Source of the DNA: Octopus sinensis
Taxonomy: Eukaryota
NCBI RefSeq assembly: GCF_006345805.1
Contig: NC_042998.1
Location: 67,332,001 to 67,396,000 of the forward strand
DNA: 64,000 nucleotides
Direction of reading: 5' to 3'
The notes beneath the pieces were generated by a model. That model made no database searches and was not told where the DNA came from. It saw nothing but the letters and a program-made list of their open reading frames with translations. Below are positions 53,480 through 64,000 of the stretch, piece after piece (the stretch's first letter is position 1; every line of letters begins with the position of its first letter). The position numbers and the translations under genes were made by a program.

Positions 53480-53711
53480 TATTTTACTTGTTTCAATCAT
53501 TTGTCTGTGGCCATAAAGGAGCACCGCCTTTAGTCGAGCAAACTGACTCCAGGACTTATTCTTTGTAAGCCTAGTACTTATTCTATCGGTTCCCTTTTAC
53601 CGAACCGCTAAGTTACGGATACGTAAACACACCAGCATCGGTTCTCAAGCGATGTTGGAGGACAAACGCAGACACACAAACATATACACACACATACATA
53701 CATACACACAC

Positions 53712-53770
<59 letters not shown>

Positions 53771-53835
53771 CACATATATACGACAGGCATCTTTAAGTTT
53801 CCGTCTACCAAATGCACTGAAACCGGAACCATGTG
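53480..53835 (-). mobile_element. SINE S2, 5' part deleted
   Basis: GGAGCACCGCCTTTAGTCGAGCAAA...GAACCGCTAAGTTACGG...(TA)n...TTTCCGTCTACCAAAT. Confidence 0.9.
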
Positions 53836-53855
53836 TTTGTATATATATGTGTGTG

Positions 53856-53888
<33 letters not shown>

Positions 53889-55648
53889 GGGTATCTATAC
53901 CTATATCTATATATTTTATGCATATGTACTCTTGCAAGAGCTTTTGTATGTTTCTGTGCGTGTATGTGAAAGAAAAATTTGCTCAATTTTTATTATGACC
54001 AACGCACATTTTTGTCTAGCTGATAAATTTACAGCTTTTAACACAAATATTACACAAATATCTTTTCGCAGTTAAATGCAAGTTGCATTGTGTGTCAACA
54101 TGTGTCACTACACGTCACCGATCGCGAGACAGATATCCTTTCAGTGGCGAAGATTTATGAGCATTTTACGTTTGTTAGTATAACCTTGAAAGGCTAAAAA
54201 TGGTATCAGCTTTACACAGTTAAACGTGAGTAAGATAGATAGTTGACAAGATTATTGATATCAAAGAGGTTTCATTTCGTTGATTCGCTTTTCAATTTTG
54301 CGTTTCAACTTCAAAATGCTTGACTGCATTGAATGTATATGTTTTCATGATGCTTGCTATAAGAATATTACTCTTTACGTATTGAATTTATGGCAGCTTC
54401 TGTATTTTAACATCTCTCAGTAAGCGGGAACCTTTTTCCAGCAACATAATTTCCTTGGATTAAATAACTTCTTAATCTTTCGCTTTCTATATGAAATACA
54501 ATAGTCTGCCCACGTCAGTCTCCTGTGTCAGTTAGCTTTTATATGCTATATCACTTCTATATCACTTCAAACTCACTCGTATAGTCTCCCCATGATAAAC
54601 AATATTCTTACAAATTATTATGGATATATATGTATGTGAGAGTGTATAAACATGTGTGTGTGTCTGTGTGTATGTATGTGCGTGTTTTAATCTACATAAT
54701 GCACTATATAAATATATTCTATTTATGTATATATTTCTGATTTTTAAGAAAGAGAAATTAGAAATAGACGTAAAAATGTGCTATTCTCATTATATTGAAT
54801 CTCTAGCTATTGAATCTCTTGCTTTCCACTCTATCAATTCTCTGTGGCATTTTCCTCTTCTCTCTCTAAATCTATGTAGTATGTTGAACTGATACATATG
54901 CTGACCTTTAACGATATCAACATGTTATCTAACAAAGACTTTCTATGTTTGCGTGATTTTGTCATGAAGAGGGTGTTACGTAAAATGCGAAACATGTAGT
55001 TATTGTAAGTACCATTACACATAGCAAAAGGTGGGTTATTTAAACATGAATCTTTTATATTCTTTCACAATAGATACGCAAAAATAATGACATAAATTGC
55101 GTTTTGCTAATCTCCCTTTCTTTCGCTCTTACTCTCCCCCAATTTATTGCTGTCATAAAATTCGTACTGTCAGACAAATTTTGTATCTATTATTTCTATG
55201 GCTCTTATAGATTTTGCACGCAAAAGCGACCAACCCAGCAGCAGACAGCGTGTCTTTTCTTGTCTCCTCAGACGAAGTTGAAGTGATTCATTATAACACA
55301 AAGAAAATAGTTTTATAATATAACGGGTCGTGACTTACACTCGACAAATACACAAGCCATTTGGAGAGTTCATAAAATAATTAGTGTTGTAAGTTGAATT
55401 TCTGTGATGGTTATAGGAGGAGCTCATGCCACGGCCTTGCCTTTCGTCTTAGGGTGCCTAAAATTTCGCCCTTGAAAAATTCTCCCATGAACATAAACAA
55501 CAAAGCGCATTTTGTTGCTGGCGACTCCCAAACACTAAATGAAGTTATCAAACTCTCTCCGATGACCTTTCCTTTCTAAGTAACGTTGCCAGTGTAAAAT
55601 ATCACCATGTTCGATTGCCCAAATACACAAAGTCAAATACACATACAC

Positions 55649-56270
55649 GTGCAGGAGTGGCTATGTGGTGAGACGCTTGATTCCCAACCACAAGGTTCCG
55701 AGTTCAGTTCCACTACGTGGTTCATTGGAAAAATATCTTCTACTATTGCCTCGAGCCGACCGAAGTCTTGTGAGTGGATTTCGTTGACGGAAACTGAAAG
55801 AAGGCGGCAAGCTAGCAGAAACGTTAGCACGCCGGGCGAAATGTTTAGCGGGATTTCGTCTGCCGTTACGTTCTGAGTTCAAATTCCTCTGAGGTCGACT
55901 TTGCCTTTCATCCTTCCGGGGTCGATAAATTAAGTACCAGTTACGCACTGGGGCCGATGTAATCGACTTAATCCCTTTGTCTGTCCTTGTTTGCCCCCTC
56001 TAAGTTTAGCCCCCTGTGGACAATAGAGAAATAGGAAACTGAAAGAAGCCCGTCGAATATGTGTGTGCGTGTGTTTGTCCCCCAACCATCGCTTGACAAC
56101 CGATGTTGGTATGTTTAAGTCCCTGTAACTTTGCGGTTGATCAAAGAAAACCGATAGTGTAAGTACTGGGCTTGCAAAGAATAAGTCCAGAGGTTGATTT
56201 GTTCGACTAAATGTGGTGCTCCAGCATGGCCGCAGTCAAATGACTGAAACATGTAAAAGAATAAAAGAAT
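55649..56270 (+). mobile_element. SINE S2 interrupted by an S1 insertion
   Basis: S2 head to 55803; S2 resumes at 56034 and ends in AAAAGAATAAAAGAAT. Confidence 0.9.
55804..56033 (+). mobile_element. SINE S1, full length, with 15-bp TSD
   Basis: GGAAACTGAAAGAAG at 55789-55803 and 56034-56048. Confidence 0.95.
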
Positions 56271-56379
56271 ACACTGATCATTATAATGAAGGGATAGAGA
56301 TTTGTTCATTTAATACCCTGAAGATAAATAGGGTATCCAAGCAATTACATATCTCATGAATGCTGAAGCCTGAGATTCA

Positions 56380-57200
56380 GTGAAAAACTGTAACGATACA
56401 CAGTATGAGTAGAAAATTGTAAAAATGCATGACATGAGTAAAATATTGTAGCCAGTCATGGCAACGACAGAAAATAACGAGGATGCATGGCATGGCTATA
56501 ACTATGTAGAGAAATACCTCATGAGTAAGATTATGTAGCAATATGCAACAGAGCTATGGAAAATAAGTAATCTAGTAGACAGGCATAGAATATTTTAGAA
56601 ATACATGCCAAGGGTAGAAAAATGTAGTAATACATGGCATGGGTAAAAATATGTATTGCTACAAAGCATTGATAGAAAAAGTGGAAATAAGCAGGCAGTG
56701 TGAGTAGATACGAATAATAATGGATAGATAGCATGGACAGAAAATGTAAGTATGCACATCGGAAATAGAAAACTGTGGTTGTTGATGGTATGGATGAAAC
56801 ATTGCAGCATTGTACGGCAAGGGGGATAGTTATGGGAATATAGAGCAGAGTTGGATCATTTTAAAAGTGTACGCCATGGAAAGAAACTGTAGAAACACAC
56901 GGCAGATGTAGTAAAGTGTAGCAGTACACGGAATGTAAAGAAAACTGTAGAAACGCAGAGACGAAGAATGGAAAAGTGAAAATATATGTTATGGACAGAA
57001 ATTGTAGGAATACATGTCAGACATTAAAACTGTTGCAGCACACAGCATGAATATTAAAAAAAAAACTGCTGCAACAACCGCCAGCTTTTGAAAACTTTAC
57101 CAATACACAGGGATGAAGAACTACAAAAATACACAGGGAAGTAGAAGAAGAATTCATAGCAGGATTAGAAAACTGCGACAGTACACGCCCTGAAGCATTA
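56380..57200 (+). repeat. highly diverged ~28-29-bp minisatellite
   Basis: Units such as GGTAGAAAAATGTAGTAATACATGGCAT (56613) and GGACAGAAATTGTAGGAATACATGTCAG (56993). Confidence 0.75.
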
Positions 57201-57937
57201 CATACCAGAGATCGAAGGGAAAAAAGAACAATATCGATATTTTTTACTGAAATTATATGATCTTCATACAATGCAAAAAACGTGTTTATCGCGAACTCGA
57301 GGTTTAGCGGATAAGCTCAAACAACAAACTATTTGTGATGCTATGTTATGGAGATTCATCCACTGAGTCAGAGAAATATGAATCTTAACATTTCGAAAGT
57401 TAGTTCTTCATCAGAATAGTATCCTCTGTGGAAAGAGCAAGAGTTGCAAGAGTTGAGAGAGATTACGTGCATTGCAAGAAGAAGGGAAATAGAAGCATAT
57501 AAATATTATTACTACAGGGACTTGAGCTTCTAGCATTCATATATTAATTTATATTACATTCCGTAGTGACTTTAGAGTTCACGTAAAAGTCTCGAGCAGA
57601 GGATGTCAAGAAATTTACACCTCTTCATCGCTGTAACTTAGTAATACTGCAAAGTATAAGTATTTTGAGTTCCATACTCAATAGTGCAAAGTTTAATCAT
57701 ATTGGTAACGCTATGGCAAAACTGAATTATAACCCATATATATATATACATACATATAGGTACTTACATAGCAGGATTATAACTTGCATTTTAAATAAAT
57801 TCATTTCATTTTAAATAAATTTCAATATTAACTTATCAGATGCTTTGAATTCAAGTATTCAATTATTTTTGTTAACTTATTAACTAATTCTTAAAACTTG
57901 TAACTTTATATGTATATATTTATATATATTCTTTTGT

Positions 57938-58189
57938 TCTTTAATTATTTTACTTGTTTCAATCAATTGACTTCTGCCATGCTGGAGCACCACCTTTAGT
58001 CAAGAAAATCGACTCTAGGACTTATTATTCTTCGTAAGCCTAGCACTTATTCTATCGGTCTCTTTGCCAAACCGCTACGTTACAGGGACTTCACACACCA
58101 GGATCTGTTGCCATGCGATGTTGAAGTGGGGGGGGACAAACACATACATACATACATACACATGCATATATATAAATACATACAGATAA

Positions 58190-58254
<65 letters not shown>

Positions 58255-58403
58255 CACGAGCTTCTTTCAGTTTCCGTCTACCATATCCACTCACAAGGGT
58301 TTGGTCGGCCCAAGGCTATAGTAGAAGACACTTGCCCGAGGTGTCACGCAGAGAAACTGAGCCCGGAACCATGTGGTTGGTAAACGAGCTACTTACTACA
58401 CAA
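57938..58403 (-). mobile_element. SINE S2, near full length with internal microsatellite
   Basis: GCCATGCTGGAGCACCACCTTTAGTC...CTTCTTTCAGTTTCCGTCTACC...CCCGGAACCATGTGGTTGG. Confidence 0.9.
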
Positions 58404-58906
58404 TCTATATATGAATGGGAAAAACACAAAAAGAAAATACAAAACACCAGAAAGTTTTCAAAGAAGTGATATTAGTTTTCACGCTTGAATGGAAAAAGTA
58501 AACGGACTTTGACCTTCTCGACATTGATACCCTCATGAGAAAAATGCGGGAAATAATGAACGGTGGGGTAAAGAAAGGAAAAGTGAAAAAAGTGATTAGG
58601 GGTCTGGTGGGAATTCAGTTATTTGGGGAGGAGTTCAGAGAGGGAATTGCTGGTGAGTTTTAGCATATAAAGGAGAATGTAAGGTGTAAACGGTTGGCTG
58701 GGAGTAAGTGAAGTTGAGTGAAAACAGTGGAGAAAAACGAAAAAAGGAAGAAAGCTTAAAATGTGGGTCAAGATGGAGGAGCAGTGGAAAAACTAGTGAA
58801 AAATTAAATGAATGTAAAAATAAATGAGTATGTAAACAGGCAGGTGGGCAAAGGGACAGAAGTGTTAAGAGATATATGTACAAGGCACGTGAATATATAA
58901 AAGGAA

Positions 58907-59423
58907 AAGGCGGCGAGCTGGCAGAAACATTAGCACGCCGGGCGAAATGCGTAGCCGTATTTCGTCTGCCGTCACGTTCGGAGTTCAAATTCTGCCGAGA
59001 TCGACCTTGCCTTTCATACTTTCGGGGTCGATAAATTAAGTACCAGTTACGCACTGGGGTCGATTTAATCGACTTAATCCATTTGTCTGTCCTTGTTTGT
59101 CCCCTCCGTGTTTAGCCCCTTGTGGGCAATAAAGAAATAAGAAACATTAGCACGCCGGGCGAAATGCGTAGCCTTATTCCGTCTGCCATTACGCTCTGAG
59201 TTCAAATTCCGCCGAGGTCGACTTTGCCTTTCATCCTTTCAGGGTCAATAAATTAAGTACCAGTTACGCACTGGGGTCGATATAATCGACTTAATCCGTC
59301 TGTCTGTCCTTGTTTGTTTCCTCTGTCTTTAGCCGCTTGTGGGTAGTTAAGAAATTGGTATTTCGTCTGTCACTACGTTCTGAGTTCAAATTCCGCCGAC
59401 TTTGCCTTTCATCTTTCGGGGAC
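58907..59423 (+). mobile_element. head-to-tail S1 trimer (58907-59139, 59140-59356, 59357-59423)
   Basis: Three successive S1 bodies, each later one more 5'-truncated. Confidence 0.95.
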
Positions 59424-59879
59424 AGATGATTAGGAAATAATGTAAATAAGAATGTATAAATGTATGTTGTAAAGTCTATAAGGAAAATACTTTACACAAC
59501 TTAAAACAGGAAGAAGACAAAAGATGAAGTTGTAAAATCAATGAAATGGAATTGGAAGAATTGTGTTGAAAGACATAGAGGATTAGAACAAGAGGGTTAA
59601 AAATATTTATATGCAGAGCACGTAGAGAAAGGAGTGATCATAGCGAAAGGAGTGTGAAAAGGAATGCTATAAAATTAAATTTACATGAGTTAGGGGGAAA
59701 GTATAATGAAATTCCATTGAAATGGTAACCAAATGCTGCAAATCATACAGGAATGGTTTATTGGTTCCACGACGGTCACAAGTTGCATAGCGGAGGTTCT
59801 GTGGGAAAACACAGATAAGGGGAAAAGTTTATAACGAAGCTAATGTATGCGACAGTCTAACTATTTCTGTATTTAGCAA

Positions 59880-59926
59880 TCAATCTATCTATCTATCAAT
59901 CTATCTATCTATTTATCTATCTATCA

Positions 59927-59972
<46 letters not shown>

Positions 59973-59983
59973 ATATATATATA

Positions 59984-60025
<42 letters not shown>

Positions 60026-60042
60026 CCTACCTACCTATCTAT
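59880..60042. repeat. (ATCT)n microsatellite
   Basis: Direct reading. Confidence 0.95.
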
Positions 60043-60059
60043 ATGTGTGTGTATGTGTC

Positions 60060-60125
<66 letters not shown>

Positions 60126-60129
60126 GCGC

Positions 60130-60316
60130 TTTTACTCTTTCTCTTTTATTTGTTTAAGTCGTTTGACTGCGGCCAAGCTGGAGCACTGCCTTTAGTCGAA
60201 CAAATCGACTGGAGGGCTCATTCTTTGTAAGTCTAGTATTTATTCTACCGGTATCTTTTGCTTAACCACTAAATTACGGGGACGTAAACACATCAACTTC
60301 GGTTGTCAAATACACA

Positions 60317-60359
<43 letters not shown>

Positions 60360-60377
60360 CACACACACACACCACAC

Positions 60378-60422
<45 letters not shown>

Positions 60423-60518
60423 GACGGGCTTCTTTCTGTTTCCATCTACCAGATCCACTCACAAGGCTTTGGTCGGCTTGAGGCTATAGAAGAAGACACT
60501 TGGTGAAGGTGCCACGCA
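60130..60518 (-). mobile_element. SINE S2 with internal (CA)n(TA)n
   Basis: TTTGACTGCGGCCAAGCTGGAGCAC...ACGACGGGCTTCTTTC...AAGGTGCCACGCA. Confidence 0.9.
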
Positions 60519-61364
60519 TGTGTGTGTATAAGTATATATATACATACATATATATATACACACACACATACACACACATACATACATATATATATATATA
60601 TACACGTGTGTATGTATCTATGTATATGTCCATTTGTAAATGGACTGGGAACATCCTATTCAATACCATGTAGAGTGTATATTTATGAAAATACTCTTCG
60701 TTCAGTAGATTTCTGAAAGGAAACAAGATATGAAACTCAAGTATTGACCAACAAACGCAGTCTTCCTTAACGTATCTGTGAATACAACGCCATATGTGTA
60801 TGCCTGTATATGCATATATATAAATATACATGGATACACATATACATAAATACATGGGTGTGTGTGTGTGTGCGTGCGTATGTGTGTGTGTATGTGTGCG
60901 TGTGCTGGTATAAAAGACATAGCTGTAGAGTGTTTCTGTCTGGTAACTATTAACATATTGCTTGAAAATCAATAAAATTAATAAAAGCGATGATACTTAT
61001 TCCAACGTAGTGTGTAAATTCCCTCGCCTCTGCACTATTTGTATTTTATTAATTTCTTTTATGTTCCTATGACTCATTTCTACTGTTGCCATTTTGTGTG
61101 CAACCATGTAGTATTCATCCACTTTCACTGTCACTTGTCTTAGTTTTAGTCGGAGCAGGTTGATGTGTGTCCGCTGAGATGATGGTTGATAATGTATGTG
61201 GAGACTGCCAAGCTAGATGACAACTCATATAATTAGAGATGCGCGCGTGTGTATGTGTGTACGTGTCTGTGTGTGTGTGTGCGTGTGTGTATATGTGTGT
61301 GTGTGCGCGTATGTGTCTGTGTGTTGTTGATTTCTAAGTACACAGGTTTGTGTATATATTTTAT

Positions 61365-61500
61365 CTTTTACTTGCTTTATTCATTGGACTGCGGTCTTGC
61401 AATGAAGGGTTTACCCGAACGAATCGAACCCAGAACTTACTTTTCTGATGTCTAGTATTTATTCGTTAGATCTGTATTTTGGCAAGCGTCTAATGTACGG

Positions 61501-61505
<5 letters not shown>
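61365..61505 (-). mobile_element. SINE S2, diverged 3' part
   Basis: TCTTTTACTTG...CATTGGACTGCGG...AATCGAACCCAGAACTTA...CTAGTATTTATTC. Confidence 0.7.
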
Positions 61506-61546
<41 letters not shown>

Positions 61547-61574
61547 CACACACACACAAGAAAAGTGATACAGA

Positions 61575-62642
61575 TAGGCTGTACTTGTCCAGAGGAAAAG
61601 TTGGGAGAGGTTTGATCAGATGCCAGGAGTGTATCGAAATAAAGGGAAAGCAGCTCAGGATGGTATGTGAAAAATACCGTGGAAACATCTTCGAAACATG
61701 TGAACTAAGTCCGGTGTAATTAAGAATGAGAGTTGTTTAAAGAATGAAAAACTTAAAGAGTAAAATAACACGCACAAAAGAAGAAAGCATGGCACGAGAA
61801 AAAAATGTAGGGTCAGATTACCAGAAATACAAACGCCAAATCAGATACAGACGATCAATGGTTATGGATGAGGAGGGGTGTACTGAAGATAGAGACAGAA
61901 GCACTTAAATGCACAGCACAAGAATAAGCGTTAAGGACTAATTATGTGAAGCGCAGAATTCACAACACTACCGATAGCGACAAATACAGAGCGTGTGGTG
62001 AGACGGCTGAAACAATATGGCACATTGTTAACGAATGCCCGAAATTGGCACAACTCGAATACAAAAAGGACATGGCAATGTGGCAAGAATGATCTGTGAA
62101 AATTACTGCCTACAGAAAGCAAAAGAGTAGTATAAGCAAACCCCCACAAGGCGTCACGAGAATGGAGACTGCAAAATTCTGTGAGATTCAATGATTCAGT
62201 GTGATCCCCTGACCAGACATCGGGACAGGACATTGTTGTGGATAAAAAAAAAAAACCAGAAAAAACATGAATGATAATCGACATAACATGTTCCGGTGAC
62301 GACAGGATCAAAGAGAAAAAAGAAAAACAGAACAAAGACAACGATTTGAATTGGGAAATATGAAGGATGGTGGTCGATGCGGAGAGTATGCGTGATACCA
62401 ATAGTAATTAGAGCATTAGGATGTATCAGCACTCAACTATCAGCATTCCTCAGAAAGACTGGTACAAATGTAAAGATAAAACAACTACAAAAATCAGCAT
62501 TGCAAGCATTCTTCGCAAAGTTCTTGAAGCATGGCCAGTAATCATGTGTCACCCTAGACTACTGGCTCTGAGCAGCGGACACTTTCCATCATACCCAGAA
62601 AAATAAGCTGAGAGTGTTAATCAAATAATAATAATAATAATA
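61575..62642 (+). mobile_element. R4/Dong-type non-LTR retrotransposon 3' fragment (zinc knuckle + RLE) with (TAA)n tail
   Basis: RGLI.CQEC; RACGETAETIWHIVNECPKLAQLEYKR (CCHC); DIVV..MIIDITCSGD; IPIVI.ALG; ASILRKVLE; ends ATAATAATAATAATAA. Confidence 0.9.
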
Positions 62643-63414
62643 CTTTTCTAAATACTTCAAATTAAAAGAAATGTTTCTATGACGAAATATCTGTTTGAAA
62701 CGTTATAATTTCCTTTCACGAACGGAAAACTTATTTCGTTCTATCTTTTGACTTTATTTTGACGTCATAATATTTATATTGCTGAGAAACAAGACGAAGT
62801 CTTCATGTTTAACAAGTGAATTCACATAAATCTGAGTAGCTGTAACCGGATCTTGTGAGAGCAGATTAAGACTGGAATGCGTCACATATGCGACGAATAA
62901 GATGAGCTAAATCGATGTGATTAATATATATTAATTTTAGACTCATACCTCTCTGGTGTTTTCTTTTGTATGCAGTCTGTATTAACGTCTCCCATTCAGG
63001 TAAAGGTAAATATAAGTTATATTTGATACTGTTAGGAGTATTACGTTTTATGACAAATATATACCACGTTTAAGTATATCACGTTGAAGTAAGGTTGTTC
63101 TGAAGAATAAAGGTCAATACTGTTTCTCGTGTTGTTCTACTTTAAACATCGCAGTGGTCAAGTTGTGTCCATTCAGCTCATTAATAGATCCAGTAAATCA
63201 AGAATCACATCGTCTTTGGTCACCTTCTCTTCCACTGTCAAAAGATATAATTTTAGAGAGATTTATTACTTATTTCTAGCAGGATGAGTGATATTGAAAA
63301 CGTCCGCTTTCTGCCAACTCAGGTATCAGTTTTATACACAGCCAACTCGGGTCCTTAGACCAGACACCCAGACACATCTCTTTATTTTAATAGATTTTTA
63401 ACAAAACATTAAGG

Positions 63415-63465
<51 letters not shown>

Positions 63466-64000
63466 GTATGTGAGTATGTAATTATGGATGTTTGTGTGTG
63501 AACATCAATATAGCTATTTAAATACGTGTGTTTTTATACATGTGTACATACACTTTTAGCTCCTGCTAATGTGTTGATGAGATAAAGATATTCTTAAAAC
63601 AATATACACACATACTTCAACAAGCAGCTGCAAATCTGTAATCTTCGCATATTTTTATTTGAGAATTTTATTTATTTGTCTTTATAAATGTTGTCCATTC
63701 CCAATTCAAATTGGCTCCAATCATTCTATCTCTGTTAGAAATCAATGCAAACATTCAAAATGACATTTTACGAATTACATTTTTCATTTCAATATATCAT
63801 ATGATGTTGTTGTTAGTATATTTTGTTGAAATAAATCACTAGAAATACTCATTTCTATATACATGACAGGCAAAGTAATTTTAATACATATGTTAAAATT
63901 TAATGTTATTATATGATGTTGAGTTATTGAAGTTTCGCATCAAGAAAGTTTGTGTGCGCCTATATATGTGTGCGTATATGTATACATAATTATATATATG

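Noticed and set aside
56380-57200. CRISPR-like periodic array
   Set aside because: Contiguous diverged units with no unique spacers, no cas genes, eukaryotic context
57017-57271. GIY-YIG-like reading (TVAAHSMN...LPIHR...EVEEEFI) on +
   Set aside because: It needs frameshifts and lies within the 28-29-bp minisatellite, which explains the composition
58420-59860. Purine-rich blocks either side of the S1 trimer as a LINE fragment
   Set aside because: No recognisable RT or endonuclease motif in any frame I could read

Overview
AT-rich, repeat-saturated eukaryotic DNA, most likely octopus/cephalopod (inferred from SINE families I recognise, not from a database match). No host protein-coding gene can be supported; nearly all listed ORFs are (TA)n/(CA)n/(GATA)n artefacts or decayed transposon fragments. 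The window holds two tRNA-derived SINE families (many copies, one nested with a 15-bp TSD, one trimer), CR1-, RTE- and R4-type LINE fragments, mariner and maT/DD37D transposon fragments (the latter as a near-identical tandem pair), MITEs, a Helitron-like element, and several unnamed palindromic elements sitting in (TA)n tracts. The most interesting signal is a set of hammerhead ribozyme motifs in at least four different repeat families. One copy is fully canonical (39297-39379, +: CUGAAGA, GAAA, GUC cleavage site, palindromic helix III). Together with the fold-back ends, this suggests a population of non-autonomous Penelope-like/retrozyme-like elements associated with (TA)n.
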